Assembly (NCBI GenBank): GCA_050953065.1
Contig: JBMNLZ010000001.1
Span: 160,001 to 224,000 of the forward strand
Direction: 5' to 3'
Source of the DNA: Bacilli bacterium
GTDB taxonomy: Bacteria; Bacillota_I; Bacilli_A; ML615J-28; CAG-698
Length of the DNA: 64,000 bases
Position 1 is the stretch's first letter. Each line of letters begins with the position of its first letter. The notes beneath the pieces were generated by a model, which was not told the origin of the DNA, ran no database searches, and saw only the letters and a program-made list of their open reading frames with translations. The position numbers and the translations under genes were made by a program. Shown in pieces: positions 50,899 through 61,457 of the stretch.

Positions 50899-51456
50899 CT
50901 ATTGATTTTGTTTTTTTATCCTTAAATTTTTTCTTTTTTCAAACGTTATAACAATTGCAGGAATAAACATTATTTGTAGTAATATTCCAAAAATTGGAGT
51001 TACGAAAAAATCTTTAATTAAATCTTTAATTCCATAAATTCCTATATCAGAAATTGAATAATAAATAATTTTAAATAGTCCACCTACAACCCTTTCAATT
51101 AATATAGTAGTTATCAAAGCAAAATAAATATTTAAAATGTTATTCTTAATGACATTAAAAGAATAAATAATACCACTAGCTAAACCACAAGTACTAAGTT
51201 CAATCATTAATGATAGACCATCTGGATAAAATACAAGCATTTCTCTTAAGCATAAACGTATTGCTAACGGAGTTAACACACCACAAACAAAACCATATTG
51301 CCAGCCGAGAGTAAAACCACAAATCAATACAATAAAATTTAATATAAGTAATCTATCAATCAAATTAGCCATATGATAAACTGGCATTAAAAGAACACCT
51401 AAAGCAATAAAAAACACACAAATTATTATATTTTCAACTTTAATCTTCAAATTCAT
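50899..51456 (-). CDS. ECF transporter S component
   Basis: ~185 aa, about 6 TM, GWQYG.VCGVLTP, GILLQ..FIP. Confidence 0.7.
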   Translation of the reverse strand: MNLKIKVENIIICVFFIALGVLLMPVYHMANLIDRLLILNFIVLICGFTLGWQYGFVCGVLTPLAIRLCLREMLVFYPDGLSLMIELSTCGLASGIIYSFNVIKNNILNIYFALITTILIERVVGGLFKIIYYSISDIGIYGIKDLIKDFFVTPIFGILLQIMFIPAIVITFEKRKNLRIKKQNQ

Positions 51457-52309
51457 AATCTCCTTTAATCAAAATAATTTTATCATCTAAAATCGAAATT
51501 AATTCCCTTTTATACAAGTACCCTATCGCTTTTTTAAAAGCACTTTTACTCATTTTAAAAACTCTATATATAATATCTGGATCTGTTTTTTCAGTAAAAT
51601 TTAAAACATCATTATGAGTAAGCATATATTTATATAAAATTTTTGCATCATCGATTATTTGAATTTCTTTATTTTCAATGGTTGTTCCTAAAATACCTTT
51701 TACATCATTTTTAAGAACTTTAAACTCTAATTTTTCACCTAATCTATATTCTTTTCGTAAATTCTTATAATAAATAAAAACAATATTATAATTTTTTGTA
51801 ACAACATTAATACCATCATTAGAAATTCTATAGACATAACCAAAATATTTTTTATCTTCCTCTAAAGTTTCTCGCTTTAATCTTTCTATATCCTTCTTTA
51901 ATAGAGGTTTTGCAACCAATCTATCTCTAACAATTTTTAATATAACTAAAATTTTATCCTTTTCATTTGGCCATATAGCAACATTAACTGGCAAATCATC
52001 AGATGATATAAGAATATCTTTACTAATTCCAATATTTATAAATACACCAAAATCTTTTTTAGCTACTACAGTCCCAAAGCCAGGCTGCTCAATTGTTATT
52101 GTAGGATTTTCTAGTGTAGCAGCAATTCTATTTTTTTTATCTAAATACACAAAAGCATCTACTTTTTGATTTATTAACAGTTTTTTTTCACAACATTCAT
52201 TATAATGCAAAAAAACTTCATCGTCACCAATTTTAAGCATATATCCTATTTGCGTTTCTCTAACTACAACAGCTTCATTTATTTTCCCTATCATTAATTT
52301 TCCTTTCAT
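51440..52309 (-). CDS. cvfB: CvfB/YitL S1-domain RNA-binding protein
   Basis: S1 repeats, MSKSAFKKAIGYLYK winged helix. Confidence 0.88.
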   Translation of the reverse strand: MKGKLMIGKINEAVVVRETQIGYMLKIGDDEVFLHYNECCEKKLLINQKVDAFVYLDKKNRIAATLENPTITIEQPGFGTVVAKKDFGVFINIGISKDILISSDDLPVNVAIWPNEKDKILVILKIVRDRLVAKPLLKKDIERLKRETLEEDKKYFGYVYRISNDGINVVTKNYNIVFIYYKNLRKEYRLGEKLEFKVLKNDVKGILGTTIENKEIQIIDDAKILYKYMLTHNDVLNFTEKTDPDIIYRVFKMSKSAFKKAIGYLYKRELISILDDKIILIKGDYEFED

Positions 52310-53495
52310 TAGACTTTTTGATGCCTATACCAATAGACTCCTCACCATATCTATTTTTTATATCACTTATTAATTCTTGCACTTTGTTTTGTTCATCTAC
52401 AACTTCATTATTTGAAAACAAATCAAATTGTTTGCTCTCAATACTAGATTCAACTAATTTTGAAACGAAGACTCCCATTAATCTTACTTCAAAATATTCA
52501 GGTAAATTATCTTCTAAAACAAGTTCTAGCATTTCATATATCACATATTCATCATCTGTTGCTACTTCTAATAACCTACTTCTAGAAATTATATGAAAAT
52601 CACTGAATTTAATTTGTAAGCCTACACTCTGTGCTTTTACTCCTTTTTGATTCATCCGATAAACAATAGAGTTTATAAGGTATTTTAAAGCTTTTTTTAA
52701 ATAACTCAACTCAAAAATATTTGTTTCAAAAGTATGGGAATTGCTAATTGATTCGGCATTATCATAATTTTCATATTCTACTTTTGATGAATCATTGCCG
52801 TTAGCCCTTTCTAACAAACTATTAGCATAATTAACCCCCAAAGTTTTTTTAATTAAATTCAAATCTTTAAAATTTGCTAAATCACCAATTGTTTTAATTC
52901 CAATTGATTCTAGTTTTTGAAAAGTTTTTTTTCCTACTCCATGCATTTTATTAATAGGCAACGGCCATAATTTATCAACTAATTCTTTTTTTCTTAAAAC
53001 AGTAATTCCAAATGGTTTATTCATATCACTAGCCATTTTTGCAAGAAACTTATTTGATGCAATTCCAATGCTAATTGACAATTTAAACATATTCATAATC
53101 TTATTTTGAACATGTTTAGCAAAATCAATCGCTTCCGCTCCTTGAAACATATCGCTTACATCCATATATGCTTCATCAATAGATGCAACTTCCGTTTTTT
53201 TATTTAGACTAATTAAATATTTAAAAACCTGATTAGAATAAGCATTATACATCTCCATTTTAGGTTCAACTATTTTTATATTTGGACATAGTTTAATTGC
53301 TTCTGCTGTTAACATAGTAGTTTTTATACCAAACTGTCTAGCCAAATAATTTGGCGATAAAATTATACTTCTTTTAAAGACATCATTTTTAGCAACTACA
53401 ATTGGAACATTTTTATATGAAGCCTCTTCTGCCATTTCACAAGCTGCAAAAAAAGCATCTAAATCCAAATGAAATATAATTTTTGAACTTTTCAT
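52275..53495 (-). CDS. dinB: DNA polymerase IV
   Basis: HLDLDAFFA, SIDEAY, KFLAKMASD..KPFG, GVGKKT. Confidence 0.95.
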   Translation of the reverse strand: MKSSKIIFHLDLDAFFAACEMAEEASYKNVPIVVAKNDVFKRSIILSPNYLARQFGIKTTMLTAEAIKLCPNIKIVEPKMEMYNAYSNQVFKYLISLNKKTEVASIDEAYMDVSDMFQGAEAIDFAKHVQNKIMNMFKLSISIGIASNKFLAKMASDMNKPFGITVLRKKELVDKLWPLPINKMHGVGKKTFQKLESIGIKTIGDLANFKDLNLIKKTLGVNYANSLLERANGNDSSKVEYENYDNAESISNSHTFETNIFELSYLKKALKYLINSIVYRMNQKGVKAQSVGLQIKFSDFHIISRSRLLEVATDDEYVIYEMLELVLEDNLPEYFEVRLMGVFVSKLVESSIESKQFDLFSNNEVVDEQNKVQELISDIKNRYGEESIGIGIKKSNERKINDRENK

Positions 53496-53571
53496 TTTTT
53501 TATTTCCTTTTTTAAAAATTTATGTTATAATATCTATGTTATTATTATATCATAAATATGAGAGGTGCAAA

Positions 53572-53784
53572 ATGAAAAAAAATCAAAAAGCAAAAAAAAC
53601 TAAAAAAGAAAAAAAACCTTTGCTTGAAACTAGAGTAAAACCAGATAATTCTGTTGAAGTTGAACTTAAAAAAAACCCTGCAGAAACTATTTTTGGTAAA
53701 ATATTATTACTTTTAATAATTGCAGGAATGATATTAGTTCCACTAATTCTTGTAATAAAATTGCTTATTGATGCAATGAATTAA
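53572..53784 (+). CDS. Small basic protein with C-terminal TM
   Basis: GAGGTG SD + ATG 53572; own promoter and terminator. Confidence 0.7.
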   Translation: MKKNQKAKKTKKEKKPLLETRVKPDNSVEVELKKNPAETIFGKILLLLIIAGMILVPLILVIKLLIDAMN

Positions 53785-53789
53785 TAATT

Positions 53790-53817
53790 AAAACTTCGCA
53801 TAAAATGCGAAGTTTTT
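53790..53817. terminator. Bidirectional terminator
   Basis: AAAACTTCGCA-taaaa-TGCGAAGTTTT. Confidence 0.8.
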
Positions 53818-54461
53818 TATTTCTTAAATCCCTCTTGTTCATTTGATGCAGTATTATCTAATTCAGGATTTTCAGTTTCAGCTAATTTACTATAAATAAT
53901 AGTAACAGGAGAAACAATTAAACACGATAATGTTACTTCAATTAAAAAATTAGATGCTAATAAAGTAAGCAATAAAGTTAAGAACTTAAAGTTATCTGGA
54001 AAAGGATAGTCTTTAGCAAAGAAAAAGAAGCCATATTTCCACGAAAAGAAAAGTAATGTTATAACTAATAATGAATGTATAAAAGTAGCTAGAAAAGCAG
54101 TTATAATAACTCCTATTTTTCTTCCCTTTGTAATTTTATTAAACAAATTGTATATATCTATTGCAATAAAGCCAACTAAAACACGTGGGAAAACACTAAC
54201 TAAAGGATTAGTAAAAACAATAGTATCCACGGTTTGGTTCCTAAAAGCTAAATACAATGAAGCTAACCCCCATGCCAACCCTAAAAAAGAACCATACCAA
54301 CGCCCTAAAGCAATAGCTCCTATTAAAACTGGAATATGAATAATTGTTATTTCTATACCACTAAGTTTAGGAAATCCTAGTCCCGTAAAAGTTAACACTA
54401 AAATTATTGCTAATAACAATGAACATAGTGCTAAATCAAAAGTTTTAATTCTTTTTTTCAT
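53817..54461 (-). CDS. ECF transporter S component (PanT-like)
   Basis: TIIHIPVLIGAI, FTNPLVSVFPR. Confidence 0.82.
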   Translation of the reverse strand: MKKRIKTFDLALCSLLLAIILVLTFTGLGFPKLSGIEITIIHIPVLIGAIALGRWYGSFLGLAWGLASLYLAFRNQTVDTIVFTNPLVSVFPRVLVGFIAIDIYNLFNKITKGRKIGVIITAFLATFIHSLLVITLLFFSWKYGFFFFAKDYPFPDNFKFLTLLLTLLASNFLIEVTLSCLIVSPVTIIYSKLAETENPELDNTASNEQEGFKK

Positions 54462-54469
54462 TTTTCACC

Positions 54470-55744
54470 TTATTCTATGAATTCAAATTCATATCCAAAA
54501 ATTCGAACAACATCACCATTTTTAACACCGAGTTTTCGAAGTTCAGCATCAACACCCATAGTTCTTAATTTTCTTGCAAAAATTTTTGCATTTGTTTCAT
54601 TAGAAAAATCTGTTCGCTCAAATATTTTTTTAACAACTGCCCCTTCAACATTATATACACCATCAGAATCTTTTTTGATAACAAATTTTTCTTCTTCTTT
54701 TTCATATTTGTATTCAACAAATTCAGTTATAGTTTTATCTTCAAAGGTAGTTATTGATGATGTTTCTAATAAATCAGCAACCTTATATAAAAGTTTATCT
54801 AGATTTTCTCGTGTATATGCACTGATTTCTATTATTGGTCTATCGATAACTTCTTTCATTTTTTCAATAATATCACGATTAGATATAATATCAATTTTAT
54901 TTAAAACTACCAACATAGGTCTTTCAAGTAATTTAGGATTAAATTTTTCTAATTCTTTATTAATAACTGAATAGTTAGTTAAAAGATTATGTTCATCGAC
55001 TTGACTAATATCTATTAAATGAATAATAACTCTAGTTCTTTCTATATGTTTTAAAAATCTATATCCTAAACCTAAACCACTACTAGCTCCTTCAATTAAT
55101 CCAGGTAAGTCAGCCATTACAAAACTTCTACCATCAGGTACTTGAACAACCCCTAAATTAGGAACAAGTGTGGTAAATGGATAATCAGCAATTTTAACTT
55201 TTGCTTTTGACAATGCCGATATAAGTGTACTTTTACCAGCATTTGGAAGTCCCACAAGACCTACATCTGCTAATAATTTAAGTTCTATTTTAATAGTTTT
55301 TTCTTCTCCAGGTTCTCCTTTTTCACAAATTTCAGGAGCAGTAACTCTAGATGTTGCAAATCTGGCATTACCTTTTCCACCTTTTCCACCTGAGGCTACA
55401 AGTAATTCTTGTTTATCTTTAGTAATATCACCAATTATTATTTTTTTTTCATAATCATATATAACACTGCCAATTGGAACTCTAATATAAGTATTTTCGC
55501 CATTTTTCCCGAATTTGTTTTTACTCATACCATTTTGTCCGTTTTCTGATGTTATTTTCTTTTGATACCTAAAATCTAGTAATGTAGTCAATCCTTCATC
55601 TCCAATGAAAATGATACTTCCACCGTTTCCGCCATCACCACCTGAAGGGCCACCGAAAGGGACGTATTTTTCACGTCTAAAAGCAACAATACCATTTCCA
55701 CCCCTACCAGCTTTAACTTTTATTACTACTTCATCAATAAACAT
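54470..55744 (-). CDS. obgE: GTPase ObgE
   Basis: MFIDEV, FRREKYVP.GGP.GGDGG, GLPNAGKS, YPFTT, DLPG; start revised to 55744. Confidence 0.97.
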   Translation of the reverse strand: MFIDEVVIKVKAGRGGNGIVAFRREKYVPFGGPSGGDGGNGGSIIFIGDEGLTTLLDFRYQKKITSENGQNGMSKNKFGKNGENTYIRVPIGSVIYDYEKKIIIGDITKDKQELLVASGGKGGKGNARFATSRVTAPEICEKGEPGEEKTIKIELKLLADVGLVGLPNAGKSTLISALSKAKVKIADYPFTTLVPNLGVVQVPDGRSFVMADLPGLIEGASSGLGLGYRFLKHIERTRVIIHLIDISQVDEHNLLTNYSVINKELEKFNPKLLERPMLVVLNKIDIISNRDIIEKMKEVIDRPIIEISAYTRENLDKLLYKVADLLETSSITTFEDKTITEFVEYKYEKEEEKFVIKKDSDGVYNVEGAVVKKIFERTDFSNETNAKIFARKLRTMGVDAELRKLGVKNGDVVRIFGYEFEFIE

Positions 55745-55761
55745 AAACCCCTCTTTTTCCA

Positions 55762-55788
55762 AAAAAATGCACCTTAGGTGCATTTTTT
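55762..55788 (-). terminator. Terminator after rpmA
   Basis: AAAAATGCACC-taa-GGTGCATTTTT. Confidence 0.75.
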
Positions 55789-56068
55789 ATTTTGCTTCAT
55801 ATACAGAAACTTGTTTTTTGTCTTTTCCTTTGCGTTCATATTTTACATAACCTGTTATTTTAGCAAATAACGTGTCATCTTTCCCACGACCTACATTATT
55901 TCCAGGAAAAATTTTAGTTCCTCTTTGGCGAAAAATAATAGATCCTTCATGAGCAAATTCACCATCTGACAATTTACACCCTAATCTTTTTGCATGCGAA
56001 TCGCGGCCATTTTTAGTAGAACCAGCAGCTTTCTTTGATGCGAAAAATTGTATATTAATTTTAAACAT
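55787..56068 (-). CDS. rpmA: 50S ribosomal protein L27 with Prp-cleaved N-terminal extension
   Basis: [24 protein letters not shown]. Confidence 0.97.
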   Translation of the reverse strand: MFKINIQFFASKKAAGSTKNGRDSHAKRLGCKLSDGEFAHEGSIIFRQRGTKIFPGNNVGRGKDDTLFAKITGYVKYERKGKDKKQVSVYEAK

Positions 56069-56069
56069 T

Positions 56070-56393
56070 TTAATTCTCCTTTATTTTTGATATTTTAACA
56101 TTTTTAGCATATTGTTTTGATATGCTAGTCAAACACTCTTCCAAGTTTTCTAAAATTAAATTACTCATTTCACTTGGATTAGTTATTTGAATTTTCATTT
56201 TTGCATTTTTTTCATCGCAAAAATATTTAAAATCTTTTGTGACCTTTTCTAAAAGCCCTAAACTTAAATAAAAAGCCGTTGAAACAGCACTACAAACAAT
56301 ATCTTTTCCTAGTTCATCATAGCCTGAATGTCCTTCAATTGATATTTCTTTAAACTCCGTTTCACTTTTTATTAAATTTACTTTAATCATCAT
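56070..56393 (-). CDS. prp: Ribosomal-processing cysteine protease Prp
   Basis: GHSGY...[10 protein letters not shown] between rplU and rpmA. Confidence 0.94.
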   Translation of the reverse strand: MMIKVNLIKSETEFKEISIEGHSGYDELGKDIVCSAVSTAFYLSLGLLEKVTKDFKYFCDEKNAKMKIQITNPSEMSNLILENLEECLTSISKQYAKNVKISKIKEN

Positions 56394-56692
56394 TAACCTT
56401 CTAAAGATACAATTTGAACTTTTGTATAAGGCTGACGATGCCCTTGTTTTTTATGATAGTTTTTCTTTGACTTGTATTTGTAAACAATGATTTTTTTGCC
56501 CCTTCCTTCTTTTACAACTACACCAAGAACTTTTGCACCTTTAACAAAAGGTTCACCAATTTTACCATTAATCATTAAAACTTTATCAAAAACAACTTCT
56601 TTGCCTGCTTCAATATCTAATTTTTCGACATAAACAAAGTCATCTTTAGAAACTTTATACTGTTTTCCACCAGTTTCAATTACTGCATACAT
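56393..56692 (-). CDS. rplU: 50S ribosomal protein L21
   Basis: [19 protein letters not shown]. Confidence 0.98.
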   Translation of the reverse strand: MYAVIETGGKQYKVSKDDFVYVEKLDIEAGKEVVFDKVLMINGKIGEPFVKGAKVLGVVVKEGRGKKIIVYKYKSKKNYHKKQGHRQPYTKVQIVSLEG

Positions 56693-56716
56693 AATAGCTC
56701 CTCCTCATTTATTCAT

Positions 56717-56780
56717 TAAGACACGCCTTTAAGGTGATTAAACTTATACCTTTTTAGAGCGGTGGCTTTTACACAACATA
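56717..56780 (-). ncRNA. L21 leader RNA
   Basis: GCCACCGCT...AGGT...CACCT...GGCGTGTCT upstream of rplU, matching the Firmicutes L21-leader pattern. Confidence 0.65.
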
Positions 56781-56822
56781 GTTATTTTACTACTTTTTAC
56801 ATATAAAGTCAAGGTAAAATAG

Positions 56823-57476
56823 TTATATTTTACCTATAATATTTAATATTTCATTTGCTTTATTAATAAAATATTTAGGTTTTCCTACCTCTTCTGGTTT
56901 TCTAAATCCCCATGTGACAATAGCACAATCTATTCCAGCATTATTTGCTAATTGTAAATCCACATCAGTATCACCTATATATAGGATTTCTTCTTTTTTT
57001 AAATTATTATTTAAAATTATTTGATTTAACATTTTTGGATTAGGTTTATGTGGTTCTTCCTTAATTCCACCTTGAACAAAGTTAAAAATATTAGGGAAAT
57101 TTTTATATATAATCTCCTTAGCTTCAAGATTTGGCTTATTTGATAAAACCCCTAAAAATATATTCATTTTTTTTATTTTTGTTAATACTTCAATCATCCC
57201 AGGATATGGTTTTGTATTAATATATTTACTATTTATATAATGTCTTCTATAAGATGATTTCACTTGTTCATGCAATTCAATTTTATTAAAAGGCATTAGC
57301 GCTCTAGTAATCAGTACATCTACACCATTTCCAACAAAATACTTTATTTCTTCAGATGAATAATTTCCTTTTAAACCATTTTCAATCAAAGCATAATTAA
57401 CACTAATTTTTAAATCTTCTAAAGTATCAAGTAAAGTACCATCCAAGTCAAATATAACCGTTTTATAATTGCTCAC
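56823..57476 (-). CDS. HAD-family phosphatase (Gph-like)
   Basis: FDLDGTLLD, SNK, KPNP, IGDTDVD. Confidence 0.92.
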   Translation of the reverse strand: MSNYKTVIFDLDGTLLDTLEDLKISVNYALIENGLKGNYSSEEIKYFVGNGVDVLITRALMPFNKIELHEQVKSSYRRHYINSKYINTKPYPGMIEVLTKIKKMNIFLGVLSNKPNLEAKEIIYKNFPNIFNFVQGGIKEEPHKPNPKMLNQIILNNNLKKEEILYIGDTDVDLQLANNAGIDCAIVTWGFRKPEEVGKPKYFINKANEILNIIGKI

Positions 57477-58525
57477 TACTTTACTTCATAACTCCAATCC
57501 AAATATTTTTCTTCACCAAATTGAATTGATTTCAAATAATCAAAAAGTTTTTTAGTAACAGAGCCAACTTTAAAATCATTTATAATCATAGTAGTCCCCT
57601 GATAAAACAATTCACCAATTGGCGTAATCACAGCTGCAGTTCCTGTGCCCCATGCTTCTTCCAAAATTCCTTTTTTAGAAGCTTCCATCAATTCTTGAAT
57701 AGATAACTTCCTTTCTTCAACATCATAACCAAATGATTTTAAAATTTTAATACATGAATCTCTAGTAACCCCAGGCAAAATACTTCCATCCAAAGGAGCA
57801 GTAACAACTTTTCCGTCTATCTTAAACATAACATTCATTGTTCCGACTTCTTCAACATATTTTCTTTCAACACCATCTAACCATAAAACTTGAGAAAAAC
57901 CTTTTTTTTGAGCATTTTCAGCAGCAATAATACTAGCTGCATAATTTCCACCACATTTAGCTTCTCCAGTTCCACCTCTAACAGCTCTAACATAGTAATC
58001 TTCTACATAGATTCTACTAGGTTCAAACTTATAATATTCAGATGATGGCGAACAAATAATTACAAATCTATATGATTTACTAGCTTTTACGCCTAAACCA
58101 ACATCTGTTGCATACATAAACGGTCTAATATATAAAGAAGAATTCTTATCTTTCGGAATCCAATCTCTTTCAATTTTTACTAACGTTTCAACACATTGCA
58201 AAAATTCTTCAGCAGGAATAACTGGCATACATAATCTTTCATTAGATCTCATAAATCTCTTAGCATTTTCCATTGGTCTAAATAATAGCACTTTATCTTC
58301 TAAAGTTCGATATGCTTTCATTCCTTCAAAAGTTTCTTGAGCATAATGTAATACATAAATGGAAGGATTATAGGAAAAATTTTCAAAAGCAGTTATAACA
58401 GGTGTTTCCCACTTTCCATCTTTATAATCACGATATAACAAATAATCAGTTTGATACTTGCCAAAACCTAAATTACCTTGTGGTTTTTCTTTTAAAACTT
58501 CTCTTTTTTCAAATTTAATTTCCAT
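57476..58525 (-). CDS. ilvE: Branched-chain amino acid aminotransferase
   Basis: LHYAQETFEGMKAY, AKCGGNY, ILPGVTR, GTAAVI. Confidence 0.95.
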   Translation of the reverse strand: MEIKFEKREVLKEKPQGNLGFGKYQTDYLLYRDYKDGKWETPVITAFENFSYNPSIYVLHYAQETFEGMKAYRTLEDKVLLFRPMENAKRFMRSNERLCMPVIPAEEFLQCVETLVKIERDWIPKDKNSSLYIRPFMYATDVGLGVKASKSYRFVIICSPSSEYYKFEPSRIYVEDYYVRAVRGGTGEAKCGGNYAASIIAAENAQKKGFSQVLWLDGVERKYVEEVGTMNVMFKIDGKVVTAPLDGSILPGVTRDSCIKILKSFGYDVEERKLSIQELMEASKKGILEEAWGTGTAAVITPIGELFYQGTTMIINDFKVGSVTKKLFDYLKSIQFGEEKYLDWSYEVK

Positions 58526-58535
58526 TTTTTATACC

Positions 58536-59612
58536 TCAATTTATATTTTTGATTATTAAATCAGTAATTTCTCTATTATTACATTTTTTAGTTTCATCGC
58601 CTTCGTAAATATCTAACGTTCTATAACCTTCATTTAAGACTTTATCGACCGCTTTTTCAATTACATCCGCCTCTTTTTCAAGCCCAAAAGAATATCTAAG
58701 CATCATTGCTGCAGAAAGTATAGTAGCAATAGGATTAGCTATTCCTTTGCCAGCAATGTCTGGAGCAGAACCATGAATTGGTTCATACATACCACATTTT
58801 GTATCTCCCAAAGAAGATGAAGGTAGCATACCAATTGACCCTGTTAATTGTGAAGCCTCATCTGATAATATATCACCAAACATATTAGATGTTACAATAA
58901 CGTCAAACTGTTGAGGATTTCTTACCAATTGCATTGCTGCATTATCAACTAACATATCAATTACTTCTACTTCTGGATATTCTTTTGCTAAAGAATGAAT
59001 AGTTTCTCTCCATAATCTAGAACTCTCAAGTACATTAGCTTTATCAATACTAGTAACTTTTTTACCCCTTTTCATAGCAATTTCAAAAGCTACTCTACCT
59101 ATTCTTTCTATTTCCATAACACTATAACATTCCGTATCAAAAGCTTCTAGTCCATACTCGCCTTCTCTTCGTCCATTTTCTCCAAAATACATTCCACCAG
59201 TTAATTCCCTAACTATAACTATATCAAACCCATCCTTTACTATTTCTGGTTTTAACGGACAGGCACCTTTTAAAGCAGGATATAATTTAGCTGGTCTAAG
59301 ATTTGAAAACAAGCCTAAAGCTGATCTAATCCCCAACAAAGCTTTTTCTGGTCTTAAGTGTCCTGGTAAATTATCCCATTTAGGGCCACCTACAGCTCCT
59401 AGTATAACGCTATCACTGTCTTTGCAGCCTTTAATTGTTTCTTCTGGTAAAGGTATTCCATATTTATCTATAGCACACCCTCCTGCTAAATATTCTTTAT
59501 ATTTAAACTCGTGTCCATATTTTTTACCTATTACATCCAATACTTCACAAGTGCTATTTACAATTTCCGGACCTATTCCGTCTCCTTTTAATAAAGCAAT
59601 TTTAAACTTCAT
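58536..59612 (-). CDS. leuB: 3-isopropylmalate dehydrogenase
   Basis: [34 protein letters not shown]. Confidence 0.96.
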   Translation of the reverse strand: MKFKIALLKGDGIGPEIVNSTCEVLDVIGKKYGHEFKYKEYLAGGCAIDKYGIPLPEETIKGCKDSDSVILGAVGGPKWDNLPGHLRPEKALLGIRSALGLFSNLRPAKLYPALKGACPLKPEIVKDGFDIVIVRELTGGMYFGENGRREGEYGLEAFDTECYSVMEIERIGRVAFEIAMKRGKKVTSIDKANVLESSRLWRETIHSLAKEYPEVEVIDMLVDNAAMQLVRNPQQFDVIVTSNMFGDILSDEASQLTGSIGMLPSSSLGDTKCGMYEPIHGSAPDIAGKGIANPIATILSAAMMLRYSFGLEKEADVIEKAVDKVLNEGYRTLDIYEGDETKKCNNREITDLIIKNIN

Positions 59613-59669
59613 TTAATCACTAAAAACTCTTATTCTATAAGAGTTTTTCTCCTTTCAATTTTTTATATT

Positions 59670-60167
59670 TTATTTATCTAATTTTCCAGACTTAGCTACT
59701 TCTACCAAGCCGTTACCGTTTATAATTTTTTGTACAAATGCTGGAAAAGCTGGAACTTTATATTCTTTATTTTGAGTAATATTTTTAACAATACCTTTAT
59801 CAAAATCAACCGATACATTATCACCGTTTTTAATAGCTTTAGCTGCTTCTGCATTTTCAATAATAGGTAAACCTATATTAATTGAATTTCTATAAAAAAT
59901 TCTTGCAAAACTCTCAGCAATTATCAAAGATATTCCACTTTCTTTAATTGCAATTGGTGCATGTTCCCTACTAGAGCCACAACCAAAATTCGTTCCAGCA
60001 ACCATAATGTCGCCTTTTGAAATTTTCTTTAAAAAATCTTTATCTAAATCTTCCATACAGTGTGAAGCTAATTCTTTTTTATCACTAGTATTTAAATATC
60101 TAGCAGGAATAATAACATCAGTGTCAATATTGTTCCCATATTTTATTACTTTACCTTCAACTTTCAT
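59670..60167 (-). CDS. leuD: 3-isopropylmalate dehydratase small subunit
   Basis: [19 protein letters not shown]. Confidence 0.95.
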   Translation of the reverse strand: MKVEGKVIKYGNNIDTDVIIPARYLNTSDKKELASHCMEDLDKDFLKKISKGDIMVAGTNFGCGSSREHAPIAIKESGISLIIAESFARIFYRNSINIGLPIIENAEAAKAIKNGDNVSVDFDKGIVKNITQNKEYKVPAFPAFVQKIINGNGLVEVAKSGKLDK

Positions 60168-61435
60168 TATAAAACCTCCTTAGTACTAGAAATTTTTCCA
60201 GTAATGGCACTTGCGGCAGCAACTGCAGGACTAGCAAGATATACTTCAGATTCTACATGCCCCATTCTACCTACAAAATTTCTATTTGTAGTAGCGACTG
60301 CTCTTTCACCTTTAGCTAAAATTCCCATATGTCCACCTAAACAAGGGCCGCATGTTGGAGTAGATATCAAAGCACCTGCATCTAAAAAGATTTTAAATAA
60401 TCCTTTTTTCATAGCTTGCATATATATCTTTGGTGTTGCTGGTATTATAATTGCTCTAACTCCTTTTGCAACTTTTTTTCCCTTAAATATTTTAGCAGCT
60501 ATTTCTAAATCTTCTAATCTACCATTTGTGCAACTTCCAATTACAACTTGATCGATTTTAATATCTTTTATTTCATCAAAAGTTTTAGTATTTTCTGGTA
60601 AATGAGGAAAAGCTACCGTTTGTTTTATTTCAGATAAATCAATTTCATATACTTCATCATAAACTGCATCATCATCTGCAACGAAAATTTTTGGAGTTTT
60701 AGCTTTTGCTTCTTTCAAAAACTTTAAAGTTTTTTCATCTACAATGAATATACCGTTTTTAGCACCTGCTTCTATCGCCATATTACAAATACACAATCTG
60801 TCACTAATAGATAAAGTAGCAACACCTTCACCAGTAAATTCCATTGATCTATATAAAGCACCATCAACACCAATCTTACCAATAATATGTAAAATTACAT
60901 CCTTACCAGTAACCCATTTATTAAGTTTGCCTTTTAAAACAAATTTTATTGCACTGGGAACTTTAAACCACGCCTTACCAGTCGCCATTCCAACCGCCAT
61001 ATCAGTTGAACCAACGCCTGTAGCAAACGCTCCTAATGCCCCATATGTACAAGTATGACTATCAGCACCAATAACAACATCACCACTTGTCACCAAACCT
61101 TTTTCTGGTAGCAAAGCATGTTCAATCCCCATTTCACCACCATCAAAAAAATTAACTATTTTCTTATCATTAGCAAAATTTCTACACATTTTGCATTGTT
61201 CAGCAGCTTTGATATCTTTATTAGGAGCAAAATGGTCCATAACTAAAGCTATTTTCTCTTTTGAAAAAACTTCTTTTTTGCCTATTTTATTAAATTCAGA
61301 AATAGCTACTGGTGAAGTTATATCATTTCCCAACACCATATCTAAATCTACCAATATTAACTCACCAGCTGTTACTTGAGCATTTTCACCAAGTTTTGAA
61401 GCTAATATTTTTTGAGTCATTGTCATTTTTGCCAT
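60167..61435 (-). CDS. leuC: 3-isopropylmalate dehydratase large subunit (short type 2)
   Basis: [26 protein letters not shown]. Confidence 0.95.
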   Translation of the reverse strand: MAKMTMTQKILASKLGENAQVTAGELILVDLDMVLGNDITSPVAISEFNKIGKKEVFSKEKIALVMDHFAPNKDIKAAEQCKMCRNFANDKKIVNFFDGGEMGIEHALLPEKGLVTSGDVVIGADSHTCTYGALGAFATGVGSTDMAVGMATGKAWFKVPSAIKFVLKGKLNKWVTGKDVILHIIGKIGVDGALYRSMEFTGEGVATLSISDRLCICNMAIEAGAKNGIFIVDEKTLKFLKEAKAKTPKIFVADDDAVYDEVYEIDLSEIKQTVAFPHLPENTKTFDEIKDIKIDQVVIGSCTNGRLEDLEIAAKIFKGKKVAKGVRAIIIPATPKIYMQAMKKGLFKIFLDAGALISTPTCGPCLGGHMGILAKGERAVATTNRNFVGRMGHVESEVYLASPAVAAASAITGKISSTKEVL

Positions 61436-61457
61436 AAATATTAATTCCTTTCATACT

